This document shows, one piece after another, positions 9,006 through 16,871 of a stretch of DNA of 32,000 nt. The position numbers and the translations under genes are program-made. The notes beneath the pieces are model-generated. The model was not told the origin of the DNA, searched no databases, and saw nothing but the letters and a program-made list of their open reading frames with translations. The first letter of the stretch is position 1. The number at the start of each line of letters is the position of its first letter. This DNA is from Tannockella kyphosi (GTDB lineage Bacteria; Bacillota_I; Bacilli_A; Erysipelotrichales; Coprobacillaceae), in NCBI RefSeq assembly GCF_021054785.1, contig NZ_CP088239.1, forward strand, positions 1,980,001 to 2,012,000, read 5' to 3'.

Positions 9006-9933
9006 CTCCTATTTTTCTAAACTTTTCATAACGTTTTTCTATTAAAGTCTTAGTAGATAACTGTCGTAATGAAAGAATATTTTCTTCAATATACTTTCTA
9101 ATCGTTAAGAAAACTTCTGTATCTTGGATAGTAATACCTGTTGTTGGTTCTAAGATGATATCATCAATAATTTGCATCTCTTTTAAATCTTTGGCTGTAA
9201 GCTTCATTAGTTCTGCTGCTTCACTGGCTCTAGAGCCATCTTTCCATAAAATCGATGCAAATCCCTCTGGTGATAAAATAGAATAAACACTATTTTCTAA
9301 CATTACAATTTTATCTCCAACACTAAGAGCTAAAGCTCCTCCACTACCACCTTCTCCAATTACTACTACAATAATAGGTACTTCTAAGGTACTCATTTCC
9401 ATTAGATTTCTTGCAATCGCTTCTCCAATTCCATTTTCTTCTGCTTGTTTACCTGGATACGCACCAGGAGTATCAATAAAGGTAATAATCGGTCGATGAA
9501 ACTTATTTGCTTGATGCATTAAACGCAATGCTTTACGATATCCTTCTGGTCTGGACATCCCAAAATTACATTCCATATTCTCTTCTAATGTTCTTCCTTT
9601 ACGATGACCAATCACGGTAACAGGCATATTCCCTAACAACGCTAATCCTGTAACTAAAGAGCTATCTTCTTGATTTAGACGATCACCATGTAATTCAATA
9701 AAATCATCAAAAATAGCTTCAATATATTCATAAACATTTGGTCTTGTTGTTTTTCTTGCTAAATAAACACGATCATAATTAGATAAATGAAGATAAGCAT
9801 CTTTTGTTTTAAGTTCTACTACTTGTTTTAATGCATGGATAGTATCTATATTTGAGTCTTTGTTTTCTTGTTGTAAATATTCTATTTGTTGCATTATTTT
9901 GTTTATTTCTTTTTCTTTTTCTTGTAAGGACAT
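8986..9933 (-). CDS. accA: Acetyl-CoA carboxylase carboxyltransferase alpha subunit
   Basis: 315 aa with the motifs FIDTPGAYPG and GEGGSGGALA. Confidence 0.93.
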   Translation of the reverse strand: MSLQEKEKEINKIMQQIEYLQQENKDSNIDTIHALKQVVELKTKDAYLHLSNYDRVYLARKTTRPNVYEYIEAIFDDFIELHGDRLNQEDSSLVTGLALLGNMPVTVIGHRKGRTLEENMECNFGMSRPEGYRKALRLMHQANKFHRPIITFIDTPGAYPGKQAEENGIGEAIARNLMEMSTLEVPIIVVVIGEGGSGGALALSVGDKIVMLENSVYSILSPEGFASILWKDGSRASEAAELMKLTAKDLKEMQIIDDIILEPTTGITIQDTEVFLTIRKYIEENILSLRQLSTKTLIEKRYEKFRKIGGEDIVK

Positions 9934-9935
9934 TG

Positions 9936-10802
9936 TTATTTACCTACCTTATGCATTCTCAAGATTCGAATTAGTACATCTCTCATTTCATCTCTTGATA
10001 CAATCTTATCAATAAACCCTTGTTTTTTCATAAACTCACTACTTTGAAAATCTTCAGGTAATGTTTGTTTAATCGTTGTTTCTATTACCCTAGCTCCTGC
10101 AAAACCAATCAATGCTTTTGGTTCAGCTAAAATAATATCCCCTAACATCGCAAAAGAAGCAGTAACTCCTCCTGTTGTAGGATGCGTAATATACGATATA
10201 TATAATTGTCCTGCTTGATGATGACGTTGCAAGGCAGCTGATGTTTTTGCCATTTGCATCAAAGAAACAATGCCCTCTTGCATTCTTGCTCCTCCACTAG
10301 TACAAAAGATAATAATCGGTCTTTTTCTTTTGGTTGCATATTCAATCGCTCTTGTTATTTTTTCTCCCACAACACTTCCCATACTAGCCATAAAGAAGTT
10401 ACTATCCATAACACAAACTACACATCGTTGATTATCTATTTTTCCTAAAGCTACTACTACTGCTTCATCTAAGTTTGTTTTTTCTTGTTGAAGTTTTAAC
10501 TTATCCATATATCCTGGAAATAACAAAGGATCACTTGTTTCTAAGTTTTGGTAAGATACACGATATTTTTGATGATCAAAAACCATCTTTAGTCGGGTAT
10601 GAGCACTTATTTTTTGATGATACATACATTTAGGACAAATATAGTAATTACTAGTTACTGTTTCTGTTAAAATCATTTCTTTACAACTACTACATGTCGT
10701 ATATATTCCTTCTGGTACATCGATACTATTCTTTGTTTTTGCTTTTCTTCTTTGTTTAAATATTTTTAGTTTTTCTTTTCTTATATTAAATATATTTTCC
10801 AT
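9936..10802 (-). CDS. accD: Acetyl-CoA carboxylase carboxyltransferase beta subunit
   Basis: 288 aa with an N-terminal Zn ribbon (CSSC-x15-CPKC) and the SGGARMQEG motif. Confidence 0.93.
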   Translation of the reverse strand: MENIFNIRKEKLKIFKQRRKAKTKNSIDVPEGIYTTCSSCKEMILTETVTSNYYICPKCMYHQKISAHTRLKMVFDHQKYRVSYQNLETSDPLLFPGYMDKLKLQQEKTNLDEAVVVALGKIDNQRCVVCVMDSNFFMASMGSVVGEKITRAIEYATKRKRPIIIFCTSGGARMQEGIVSLMQMAKTSAALQRHHQAGQLYISYITHPTTGGVTASFAMLGDIILAEPKALIGFAGARVIETTIKQTLPEDFQSSEFMKKQGFIDKIVSRDEMRDVLIRILRMHKVGK

Positions 10803-12157
10803 TATTCATCCACCAAACTATCTAAATGAGCCTCTATAAATCCCGTATCAAAATTACCTTTGACATACTCATTATGATGTAAAATCATATATTGTAATTC
10901 TTGATTGGTATCAATTCCATCAATAACTAATTCAGATAATACTCGACGCATTCTTCTAATTGCCTCTAAACGATTGGTTCCATGAACAATCACTTTAGCA
11001 ACCATCGAATCATAGTGTGGCGATACAAGATATCCTTGATAGAGTGTCGTATCAATACGAACACCTAAACCACCTGGTAAATGTACTCCCTTTACTAGCC
11101 CCGGGCTAGGACGGAAGTTTTCACTAGGTTTTTCTGCATTAATACGACACTCAATTGCATGTCCTTGTAACATAACATTTGCTTGTTTCAACCCTAATCG
11201 TTGTCCTGCTGCAATTCGTATTTGTTCTCGGATTAAATCAACCCCTGTTACCATTTCTGTTACAGGATGTTCCACTTGAATTCTTGTATTCATTTCAATG
11301 AAATAATAATTCCCTTCACTATCTAAAACATACTCTATCGTTCCAGCATTGGTATAACCGGCACCTTTGGCAGCACGGACTGCATCATTCCCCATCTTTT
11401 CTCGCAAACTAGCTGTTAATGCTTTACTAGGAGACTCTTCAATCATTTTTTGATTTCTTCTTTGTATCGAACAATCTCTTTCTCCCAAATGAATTACATT
11501 CCCATAAGTATCTGCTAAAATTTGAAATTCTATATGCTTTGGATTTAAAATCAATTTTTCTAAATACATCGCATCATCATTGAAACAAGCTTTTGCTTCT
11601 GCTTTTGCAGTAGCAAAGGCTTGTTCAAATTCTTCTGGAGAGAATGCTTTTCGCATCCCTCTTCCTCCACCACCAGCAGAAGCTTTAATTAAAATAGGAT
11701 AACCTATTTTCATTGCGACATCTTTTGCTTCTTGCACATCCTTTACAATTCCTTGACTCCCTGGTACTACTGGTACCCCTGCCTCTATCATAATTTGACG
11801 AGCCATTGCTTTATTCCCCATCTTATCAATGACACTTCCTTTAGGACCTATAAACTTCATTCCACATTCTTCTACTAATCTTGCAAATTGCGCATTCTCC
11901 GATAAAAAGCCAAACCCTGGATGAATTGCATCACAATGTAAACTAGTAGCAGCTGCTAAGATATTTTGAATATTTAAATAACTCTCACTTGCTTTTGAAG
12001 AACCTATACATATGGCATGATCTGCAAGTTTCACATGCAAAGAAGATGCATCCACATCGGAATAAATCGCAACAGCCTCAATCCCTAACTCTTTACAAGT
12101 ACGAATAATACGAACCGCTATCTCTCCTCGATTTGCGATTAATATTCTTTTAAACAT
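10802..12157 (-). CDS. accC: Biotin carboxylase
   Basis: ATP-grasp motifs are present (ILIANRGEIAVRI, GGGGRGMR, EMNTRIQVEHPVTE). I placed the start at the ATG at 12157 (MFKRILIANRGE), which has a GAGG 7 nt upstream. The ORF-track start at 12163 has no RBS spacing. Confidence 0.93.
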   Translation of the reverse strand: MFKRILIANRGEIAVRIIRTCKELGIEAVAIYSDVDASSLHVKLADHAICIGSSKASESYLNIQNILAAATSLHCDAIHPGFGFLSENAQFARLVEECGMKFIGPKGSVIDKMGNKAMARQIMIEAGVPVVPGSQGIVKDVQEAKDVAMKIGYPILIKASAGGGGRGMRKAFSPEEFEQAFATAKAEAKACFNDDAMYLEKLILNPKHIEFQILADTYGNVIHLGERDCSIQRRNQKMIEESPSKALTASLREKMGNDAVRAAKGAGYTNAGTIEYVLDSEGNYYFIEMNTRIQVEHPVTEMVTGVDLIREQIRIAAGQRLGLKQANVMLQGHAIECRINAEKPSENFRPSPGLVKGVHLPGGLGVRIDTTLYQGYLVSPHYDSMVAKVIVHGTNRLEAIRRMRRVLSELVIDGIDTNQELQYMILHHNEYVKGNFDTGFIEAHLDSLVDE

Positions 12158-12578
12158 AATCATCCTCTAACAACATAATAGCTTGGTCGTATTCTACTAC
12201 CTCACTATCCTTTATCAATATCTTTGAAACAATACCATCTTGAGGAGCTTTTATTTCATTCATTACTTTCATCGCTTCAATAATACAAATAACTTGTCCT
12301 GCTTTAACACTTTGTCCCACTTCTACAAAAGCTTTTGCATCAGGTGAACTAGCACTATAGAATACCCCCACAATTGGAGACTTTACTTCTGTTCCTTTGA
12401 AAACATCTTCTACCACTTTCATTTCTTTTGTTTCTTGAATGACTGGTTGTTTTACTATTTCTTGAACTATCGTTGCTTTTTCTAGTTCTAATTTGATATC
12501 TTCTATTTCTATTTTCATTTTAGCTACAGATGAGCTTTCAAATTGTTCGAATAAATCTTTTACTAAGTCTAGTTTCAT
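12150..12578 (-). CDS. accB: Biotin carboxyl carrier protein
   Basis: 142 aa with the biotinyl-lysine motif IIEAMKVMNEI. Confidence 0.93.
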   Translation of the reverse strand: MKLDLVKDLFEQFESSSVAKMKIEIEDIKLELEKATIVQEIVKQPVIQETKEMKVVEDVFKGTEVKSPIVGVFYSASSPDAKAFVEVGQSVKAGQVICIIEAMKVMNEIKAPQDGIVSKILIKDSEVVEYDQAIMLLEDDYV

Positions 12579-12593
12579 CTTTATCTCCTTAAT

Positions 12594-12610
12594 CCTTTGA
12601 ATGTCAAAAT
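12594..12610 (-). promoter_or_regulatory. FabT-box-like palindrome TTTGA-atg-TCAAA, 17 nt upstream of the accB start
   Basis: The plus strand reads cCTTTGAATGTCAAAAT. It has the same 13-nt core (TTTGAATGTCAAA) as the bioY promoter palindrome. It fits the published streptococcal FabT palindrome as I recall it (ANTTTGATTATCAAATT). Confidence 0.55.
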
Positions 12611-12621
12611 AATTTTATGCG

Positions 12622-12651
12622 AAAAGAAAGACCCAGAGATCTGGGTTTCTT
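12622..12651 (-). terminator. Intrinsic terminator or attenuator between acp(2) and accB
   Basis: The minus strand reads aagaAACCCAGatctCTGGGTcTTTCTTTTcg. This is a GC-containing stem followed by a U-rich tail, directly after the acp stop codon. Confidence 0.65.
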
Positions 12652-12877
12652 ATTGTTTTGATGCTACATAATCAACAATATCTTTTACTGTTTTTAATGT
12701 AACAGCTGTTTCATCATCGATTTCAATCCCTAATTTTTCTTCTACTGCCATTACTAATTCTACTGCATCTAAAGAGTCAGCTTCTAAATCTTCTTTTAAA
12801 CTTGCATCTAATGTAACAAGTGTTTCATCCACACTTAATGAGTCTACAATAATTTCCTTAATTTCATCGAATAACAT
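12650..12877 (-). CDS. Acyl carrier protein (copy 2, own transcription unit upstream of accB)
   Basis: 75 aa with the motif [19 protein letters not shown]. By my hand alignment, 42 of 74 positions are identical to copy 1. Confidence 0.92.
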   Translation of the reverse strand: MLFDEIKEIIVDSLSVDETLVTLDASLKEDLEADSLDAVELVMAVEEKLGIEIDDETAVTLKTVKDIVDYVASKQ

Positions 12878-12904
12878 TTTCTATTCCTCCTTGATTTTGT
12901 GATG

Positions 12905-12951
12905 ATTATATACTATGTATTCTAAAATGTAAATAGTTTGATAATCAAAAT
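12905..12951 (-). promoter_or_regulatory. acp(2) promoter (TTTACA-17-TATAAT) with an adjacent FabT-box palindrome (12935-12951)
   Basis: The minus strand reads ATTTTGATTATCAAACtaTTTACAttttagaatacatagtaTATAATcatc. The palindrome TTTGAT-a-ATCAAA abuts the -35. Confidence 0.6.
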
Positions 12952-12963
12952 AATGTTTTTTTA

Positions 12964-13473
12964 TTAATACACCCTCTTTATTTTATGATAAAGAAAACAA
13001 GCTATCATTATTTTAATAGCGTCTCCAAACAAAAATGGATATACACATAAAGCCAAACTTGCTTGTAATGTTTGCTCTGTATAATACATAAACCACACTG
13101 TTCCAAAACTGTAACATAAAACAGTTCCTAAAAAATACGCTAACACGATATTTACTCTTTTATGTATTAGATAACTAATACTGGCTGCCATAAATGGAAA
13201 TATGATTAAATATCCCCCTGTCATACCAAACAATGATCCAAGACCACTACCAAAATTAGAAAAGACTGGAAGTCCAATCGCCCCTATTACTAAATAACCT
13301 GACAAACAAAAGAATGCTGGTTGAGGTTTTAAGATACCCCCGATAAGATAGATCGCTAATGTTTGTAATGTAATTGGTACAAATCCTGTTATATTAATTT
13401 TTAATTGTGCAAACACACAAATGATGGCTATAAACAATGCCGCCGTTGTCATATCTTTTACTTTTGTATTCAT
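12964..13473 (-). CDS. bioY: Biotin transporter S-component BioY
   Basis: 169 aa with about six TM segments. The BioY-like pattern is FVPITLQTLAIYLIGGILKP...GLPVFS...GGYLIIFP. It neighbours birA and the acc genes. No ecfAAT genes lie in the window. Confidence 0.88.
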   Translation of the reverse strand: MNTKVKDMTTAALFIAIICVFAQLKINITGFVPITLQTLAIYLIGGILKPQPAFFCLSGYLVIGAIGLPVFSNFGSGLGSLFGMTGGYLIIFPFMAASISYLIHKRVNIVLAYFLGTVLCYSFGTVWFMYYTEQTLQASLALCVYPFLFGDAIKIMIACFLYHKIKRVY

Positions 13474-13493
13474 ATTTTCCCTCCTGGTTGAAT

Positions 13494-13555
13494 ATTATAC
13501 TTATTTTGTTTTGAATGTCAAAACAAATTGCATAAATACTTTCCCATGTTATAAT
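13494..13555. promoter_or_regulatory. Divergent bioY / birA promoter region containing a perfect 10-3-10 palindrome (13505-13527)
   Basis: The bioY promoter on the minus strand is TTGACA (13516-13521), a 16-nt spacer, then TATAAT (13494-13499). The birA promoter on the plus strand is TTGCAT (13528-13533), a 16-nt spacer, then an extended -10 TGtTATAAT (13547-13555). The palindrome tttgttttga-atg-tcaaaacaaa covers the bioY -35 and abuts the birA -35. Confidence 0.6.
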
Positions 13556-13571
13556 AAACAGAGGTGAAAAA

Positions 13572-14492
13572 ATGAAAAGAAAAGTAATTAGTTATTTATA
13601 TGACCATGTAAAAGAAAGTATTCCTAATCATTATTTAGAAAATAAATATCTTCTTTCCTCTCCTCAATTCGTTACTATTTTACAAGAACTAATTGATGAT
13701 GGTTTTTTAATAACGTACTCACTAGATACTTGTTGTTTGCACTCTTTGGTTACAACGCTTTGTAAAGAAGCTATTTGTAGTTATCTAGATTCTGATTATT
13801 CTATTGAAATATTTGATTCCATTGATTCTACAAACAGCTATGCAAAAAGAACACCATCTCCTTATAAAAGATTACTAATAACAAATCATCAAACATCAGG
13901 AAAAGGAAGGGGTAATCATTCCTTCTATTCTCCTAAGGATAGTGGTATCTATATGAGTTTGGTATATCCAAAATCATTTATTTATTTAGAACAATATCAA
14001 TATCCTATTCTAGCTTCTTGCGCCATTTATACGGCATTGCAAGAATTGTTTGATATCGAAGTGAAACTAAAATGGGTAAATGATATTTATTATGATAATG
14101 CAAAGGTTGGGGGAATTTTAGTAGAAGATGACGAAGAACAATTAATTATTGGAATTGGTTTAAATATTTTAAATGATATCAAAGATTTAAAAGAAAATAC
14201 TCGTCAAGATATTAGTAGTTTACAATTATATGGTTGTAGTAGAAATGAAATAATTGCTTGTATTATAAAGCAATTTGAATTACTTTGTAACCAATCTTGG
14301 CAGTCGATTCTTACGCTATATAAGCAACAATCTTGTTTACTTGATCGTGCTATTTATTTTCAAGTGAACCAACAAACTTTTTATGGAAAAGTAGTAGATA
14401 TTGATCATATGGGACGTTTAGTAGTAGAAGTAAATAATCAAAAACAGGTACTACAGAGTGGTGAAGTACATATTGGAAGCATAAAAAAATAA
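13572..14492 (+). CDS. birA: Biotin-[acetyl-CoA-carboxylase] ligase, with an N-terminal extension of about 80 aa that may be a divergent wHTH
   Basis: 306 aa with the motifs SGKGRGNHSFYSPKDSGIYMS and KWVNDIYYDNAKVGGILVE. Confidence 0.88.
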   Translation: MKRKVISYLYDHVKESIPNHYLENKYLLSSPQFVTILQELIDDGFLITYSLDTCCLHSLVTTLCKEAICSYLDSDYSIEIFDSIDSTNSYAKRTPSPYKRLLITNHQTSGKGRGNHSFYSPKDSGIYMSLVYPKSFIYLEQYQYPILASCAIYTALQELFDIEVKLKWVNDIYYDNAKVGGILVEDDEEQLIIGIGLNILNDIKDLKENTRQDISSLQLYGCSRNEIIACIIKQFELLCNQSWQSILTLYKQQSCLLDRAIYFQVNQQTFYGKVVDIDHMGRLVVEVNNQKQVLQSGEVHIGSIKK

Positions 14493-14512
14493 CGGATAAC
14501 TCCGTTATTTTT
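14485..14512. terminator. Bidirectional terminator between the convergent birA and kdgK
   Basis: The sequence aaaaaaTAACGGAtaacTCCGTTAttttt is a 7-bp stem flanked by an A-run and a T-run. Confidence 0.7.
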
Positions 14513-14514
14513 CA

Positions 14515-15537
14515 TTATCTAGTCATTTCACTAGTATCATTTGTATCTTGATGAGAAGCAATAATAGCTTCGATTTCATTTAATTCTAAAGCTTGCATAT
14601 CACCAGGAATTGTATTTTTTACAGCTCCTGTTGCATTCCCGAATTCTAATGCTTTTTGGCAATCTCCATCATATTTAATTAGTCCATAAAGAGCTCCAGA
14701 AATATAAGCATCTCCACTACCAATACGATCAACTACTTCAATATTAGCGTAATCATCTTCTTTGTAGTATGTATCTTTCAAAGCGTCATAGAATACAGAT
14801 CCAAAGGTATGTACTTTTGGACTATGTACGATTCTAGTAGTTGAGGCTACATAAGAGATAGGATATTCTTCTGTAAAGCTTTTCATAATTTGTTCTAAAG
14901 TACCTTCTTTTAAGAAAGTTAATTGTGCTGTACTTTCTGAACAGAAGAACATGTCTACATAAGGAAGAATTTCTTCAATGTATTGTTTTGCTTGTGGTCC
15001 TGTCCATAAGTTACTTCTAAAGTTAACATCAAAAGATATTTTAGCTCCAGCAGCTTTGAATTTTTTTATTAGTTCTTTTGTTAGGTCACGAACTTCTGGT
15101 GTTAGGGCTAATGTGATTCCTGTTGTATGGAACCATTTTGTAGAAGTGAACATTTCTTCTGGGAAATCTTCTAACTTCACTTTTAACATCGAAGAATGTT
15201 TACGATCATAGACAACTCTAGGTTTTCTAGGATATGCTCCATTTTCATAGTAATAAAGTCCTAATCTAGCATCTGATTCATTGTCATACGCTAAATATTC
15301 ATCACTTATTCCTACTCCACGCATTTTATTTCTTGAAAATATACCAATATCATTTCCTGGTACTTTAGAAATAATTCCTGTTTTTAAACCTAATAATGCT
15401 ATTCCACTTAGTACATTTAATTCTGCACCACCAACTTGTTTTTCTAAAAAATCACCACGAGTTAACTTTTCATTTGTAGGAGGAGAAAGTCTCATTAAGA
15501 CTTCTCCTAAAGATAATACATCATATTTCTTTTCCAT
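14515..15537 (-). CDS. kdgK: PfkB-family sugar kinase, 2-dehydro-3-deoxygluconokinase-like
   Basis: 340 aa with ribokinase-fold motifs (GGAELNV, DRIGSGDAYISG, GAVKNTIPGD). It is adjacent to eda. Confidence 0.8.
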   Translation of the reverse strand: MEKKYDVLSLGEVLMRLSPPTNEKLTRGDFLEKQVGGAELNVLSGIALLGLKTGIISKVPGNDIGIFSRNKMRGVGISDEYLAYDNESDARLGLYYYENGAYPRKPRVVYDRKHSSMLKVKLEDFPEEMFTSTKWFHTTGITLALTPEVRDLTKELIKKFKAAGAKISFDVNFRSNLWTGPQAKQYIEEILPYVDMFFCSESTAQLTFLKEGTLEQIMKSFTEEYPISYVASTTRIVHSPKVHTFGSVFYDALKDTYYKEDDYANIEVVDRIGSGDAYISGALYGLIKYDGDCQKALEFGNATGAVKNTIPGDMQALELNEIEAIIASHQDTNDTSEMTR

Positions 15538-15546
15538 GATATTCTC

Positions 15547-16506
15547 CTATTTTTGAATTAAATGAATTGCAAATCCTGCAACTTCATGTTTGAAATAAAT
15601 AGTAATTAGTTTGTCTCCATTATATAAAGCAGCATCCATATTAAACTCAAAACCTTGGTTTTCTAAATATGCTTTTGCACGATTTGCATCATTTGTAGCA
15701 ATCGCAATATGTCCTTTTGTTCCTAAATAAGGGCTTTTCATTGCTTCAATCGCACTACCTGCAAAATAAGAAGCTTTCTTTTCTGTTGCAGTAAATCCAA
15801 ACATTGCCTCAAACATTTTTACTGTTTGTTTTGCTTGATCATCATTTTCACAGTTAATCCCTACATGACGTAATTCAAAACCAAACATCGTCATTAAGGC
15901 TTCTTTTGTAAGTCTTGTGATTTCATCAAATTTACCAGCTTTTACTAAGTCTCCACTTACCATCCAGCTTCCACCACAACATAAGATTTTATTAAACGCT
16001 AAATATTCATTTACATTATTAGGATTGATTCCACCTGTCGGCATGAATTTCATATTTGTATAGGCTGCAGCCATTGATTTAATCATATTTAATCCTCCAG
16101 CAGCTTCTGCTGGGAAGAATTTTACAGTATCTAAACCTAATTCAATTGCTTGTTCTACTTGACTAGGACTAGTAACACCAGGTGTTACAGGGATTCCTTT
16201 TTCTACACAGTATTGAACCACTTTTGGGTTTAATCCTGGACTTACAATAAATTTTGCTCCTGCTGCCACTGCAATATCCACTTGTTCTACTGTTAAAATA
16301 GTACCTGCTCCAATTAACATGTCAGGATATTCTGTTGCCATAATACGAGTTGCTTCCACTGCTGCTTCTGTACGGAAAGTAATTTCTGCACAAGGTAACC
16401 CTCCATCGCATAATGCTTTTGCAAGAGGTGCTGCATCTTTTACATCATCTATTACGACTACTGGTACAATTCCGATTTGTTGTAATCTAGTTAACACTTC
16501 GTTCAT
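15547..16506 (-). CDS. eda: KDPG/KHG aldolase (Eda) fused to a C-terminal glyoxalase/VOC-like domain of about 105 aa
   Basis: Residues 1 to about 210 carry Eda motifs (CAEITFRT; the Schiff-base lysine context DTVKFFPAEAAGG; PTGGINP). Residues from about 212 to 319 (FELRHVGINCEND...GHIAIATNDANRAKAYLENQGFEF...FAIHLIQK) look like a single VOC module. Confidence 0.8.
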   Translation of the reverse strand: MNEVLTRLQQIGIVPVVVIDDVKDAAPLAKALCDGGLPCAEITFRTEAAVEATRIMATEYPDMLIGAGTILTVEQVDIAVAAGAKFIVSPGLNPKVVQYCVEKGIPVTPGVTSPSQVEQAIELGLDTVKFFPAEAAGGLNMIKSMAAAYTNMKFMPTGGINPNNVNEYLAFNKILCCGGSWMVSGDLVKAGKFDEITRLTKEALMTMFGFELRHVGINCENDDQAKQTVKMFEAMFGFTATEKKASYFAGSAIEAMKSPYLGTKGHIAIATNDANRAKAYLENQGFEFNMDAALYNGDKLITIYFKHEVAGFAIHLIQK

Positions 16507-16522
16507 TTGTCTTCTCCTTGAC

Positions 16523-16861
16523 CTATTTCTTTAAAAAGTCTTCTCTTTGTGGTGTGAAAATATCTAAAAGAACTGTGTCTTCTAAACATACACATCCATG
16601 TAATGATTCAATTGGCATAAATACAGAGTCTCCACCTTTAATAATTTGTTTCTCTCCATTTACTTCAAACTCTAAACATCCACTGATACAATAAGATACT
16701 TGTTCATGAATATGGTGATGTAAATCTCCAATAGCACCTTTTTGAAAATGTACTTCCACAATCATCATATCTCCACCACGAGCTACAATTTTTCTTTTAA
16801 TTAAGTCATTCACTTGTTCAAATTCAATTTCTTCATTAATAAAATAATAATCTCTGTTCAT
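16523..16861 (-). CDS. kdgF: Small single-domain cupin, KdgF-like (unsaturated uronate linearisation)
   Basis: 112 aa counted from the ATG at 16861, which has an AAGGAG RBS. Cupin motifs are GDLHHHIHEQVSYCISG and GDSVFMPIESLHG. The context is lyase, SDR, kdgK and eda. Confidence 0.65.
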   Translation of the reverse strand: MNRDYYFINEEIEFEQVNDLIKRKIVARGGDMMIVEVHFQKGAIGDLHHHIHEQVSYCISGCLEFEVNGEKQIIKGGDSVFMPIESLHGCVCLEDTVLLDIFTPQREDFLKK

Positions 16862-16871
16862 CTTATTCTCC

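Noticed and set aside
13474-13571. A classical BirA operator (two inverted half-sites of about 12 bp separated by about 15 bp) in the bioY-birA intergenic region.
   Set aside because: I could not find the long bipartite arrangement. The only symmetric element is the compact 10-3-10 palindrome, which resembles FabT boxes more closely. BirA binding is kept only as an alternative hypothesis in the findings.
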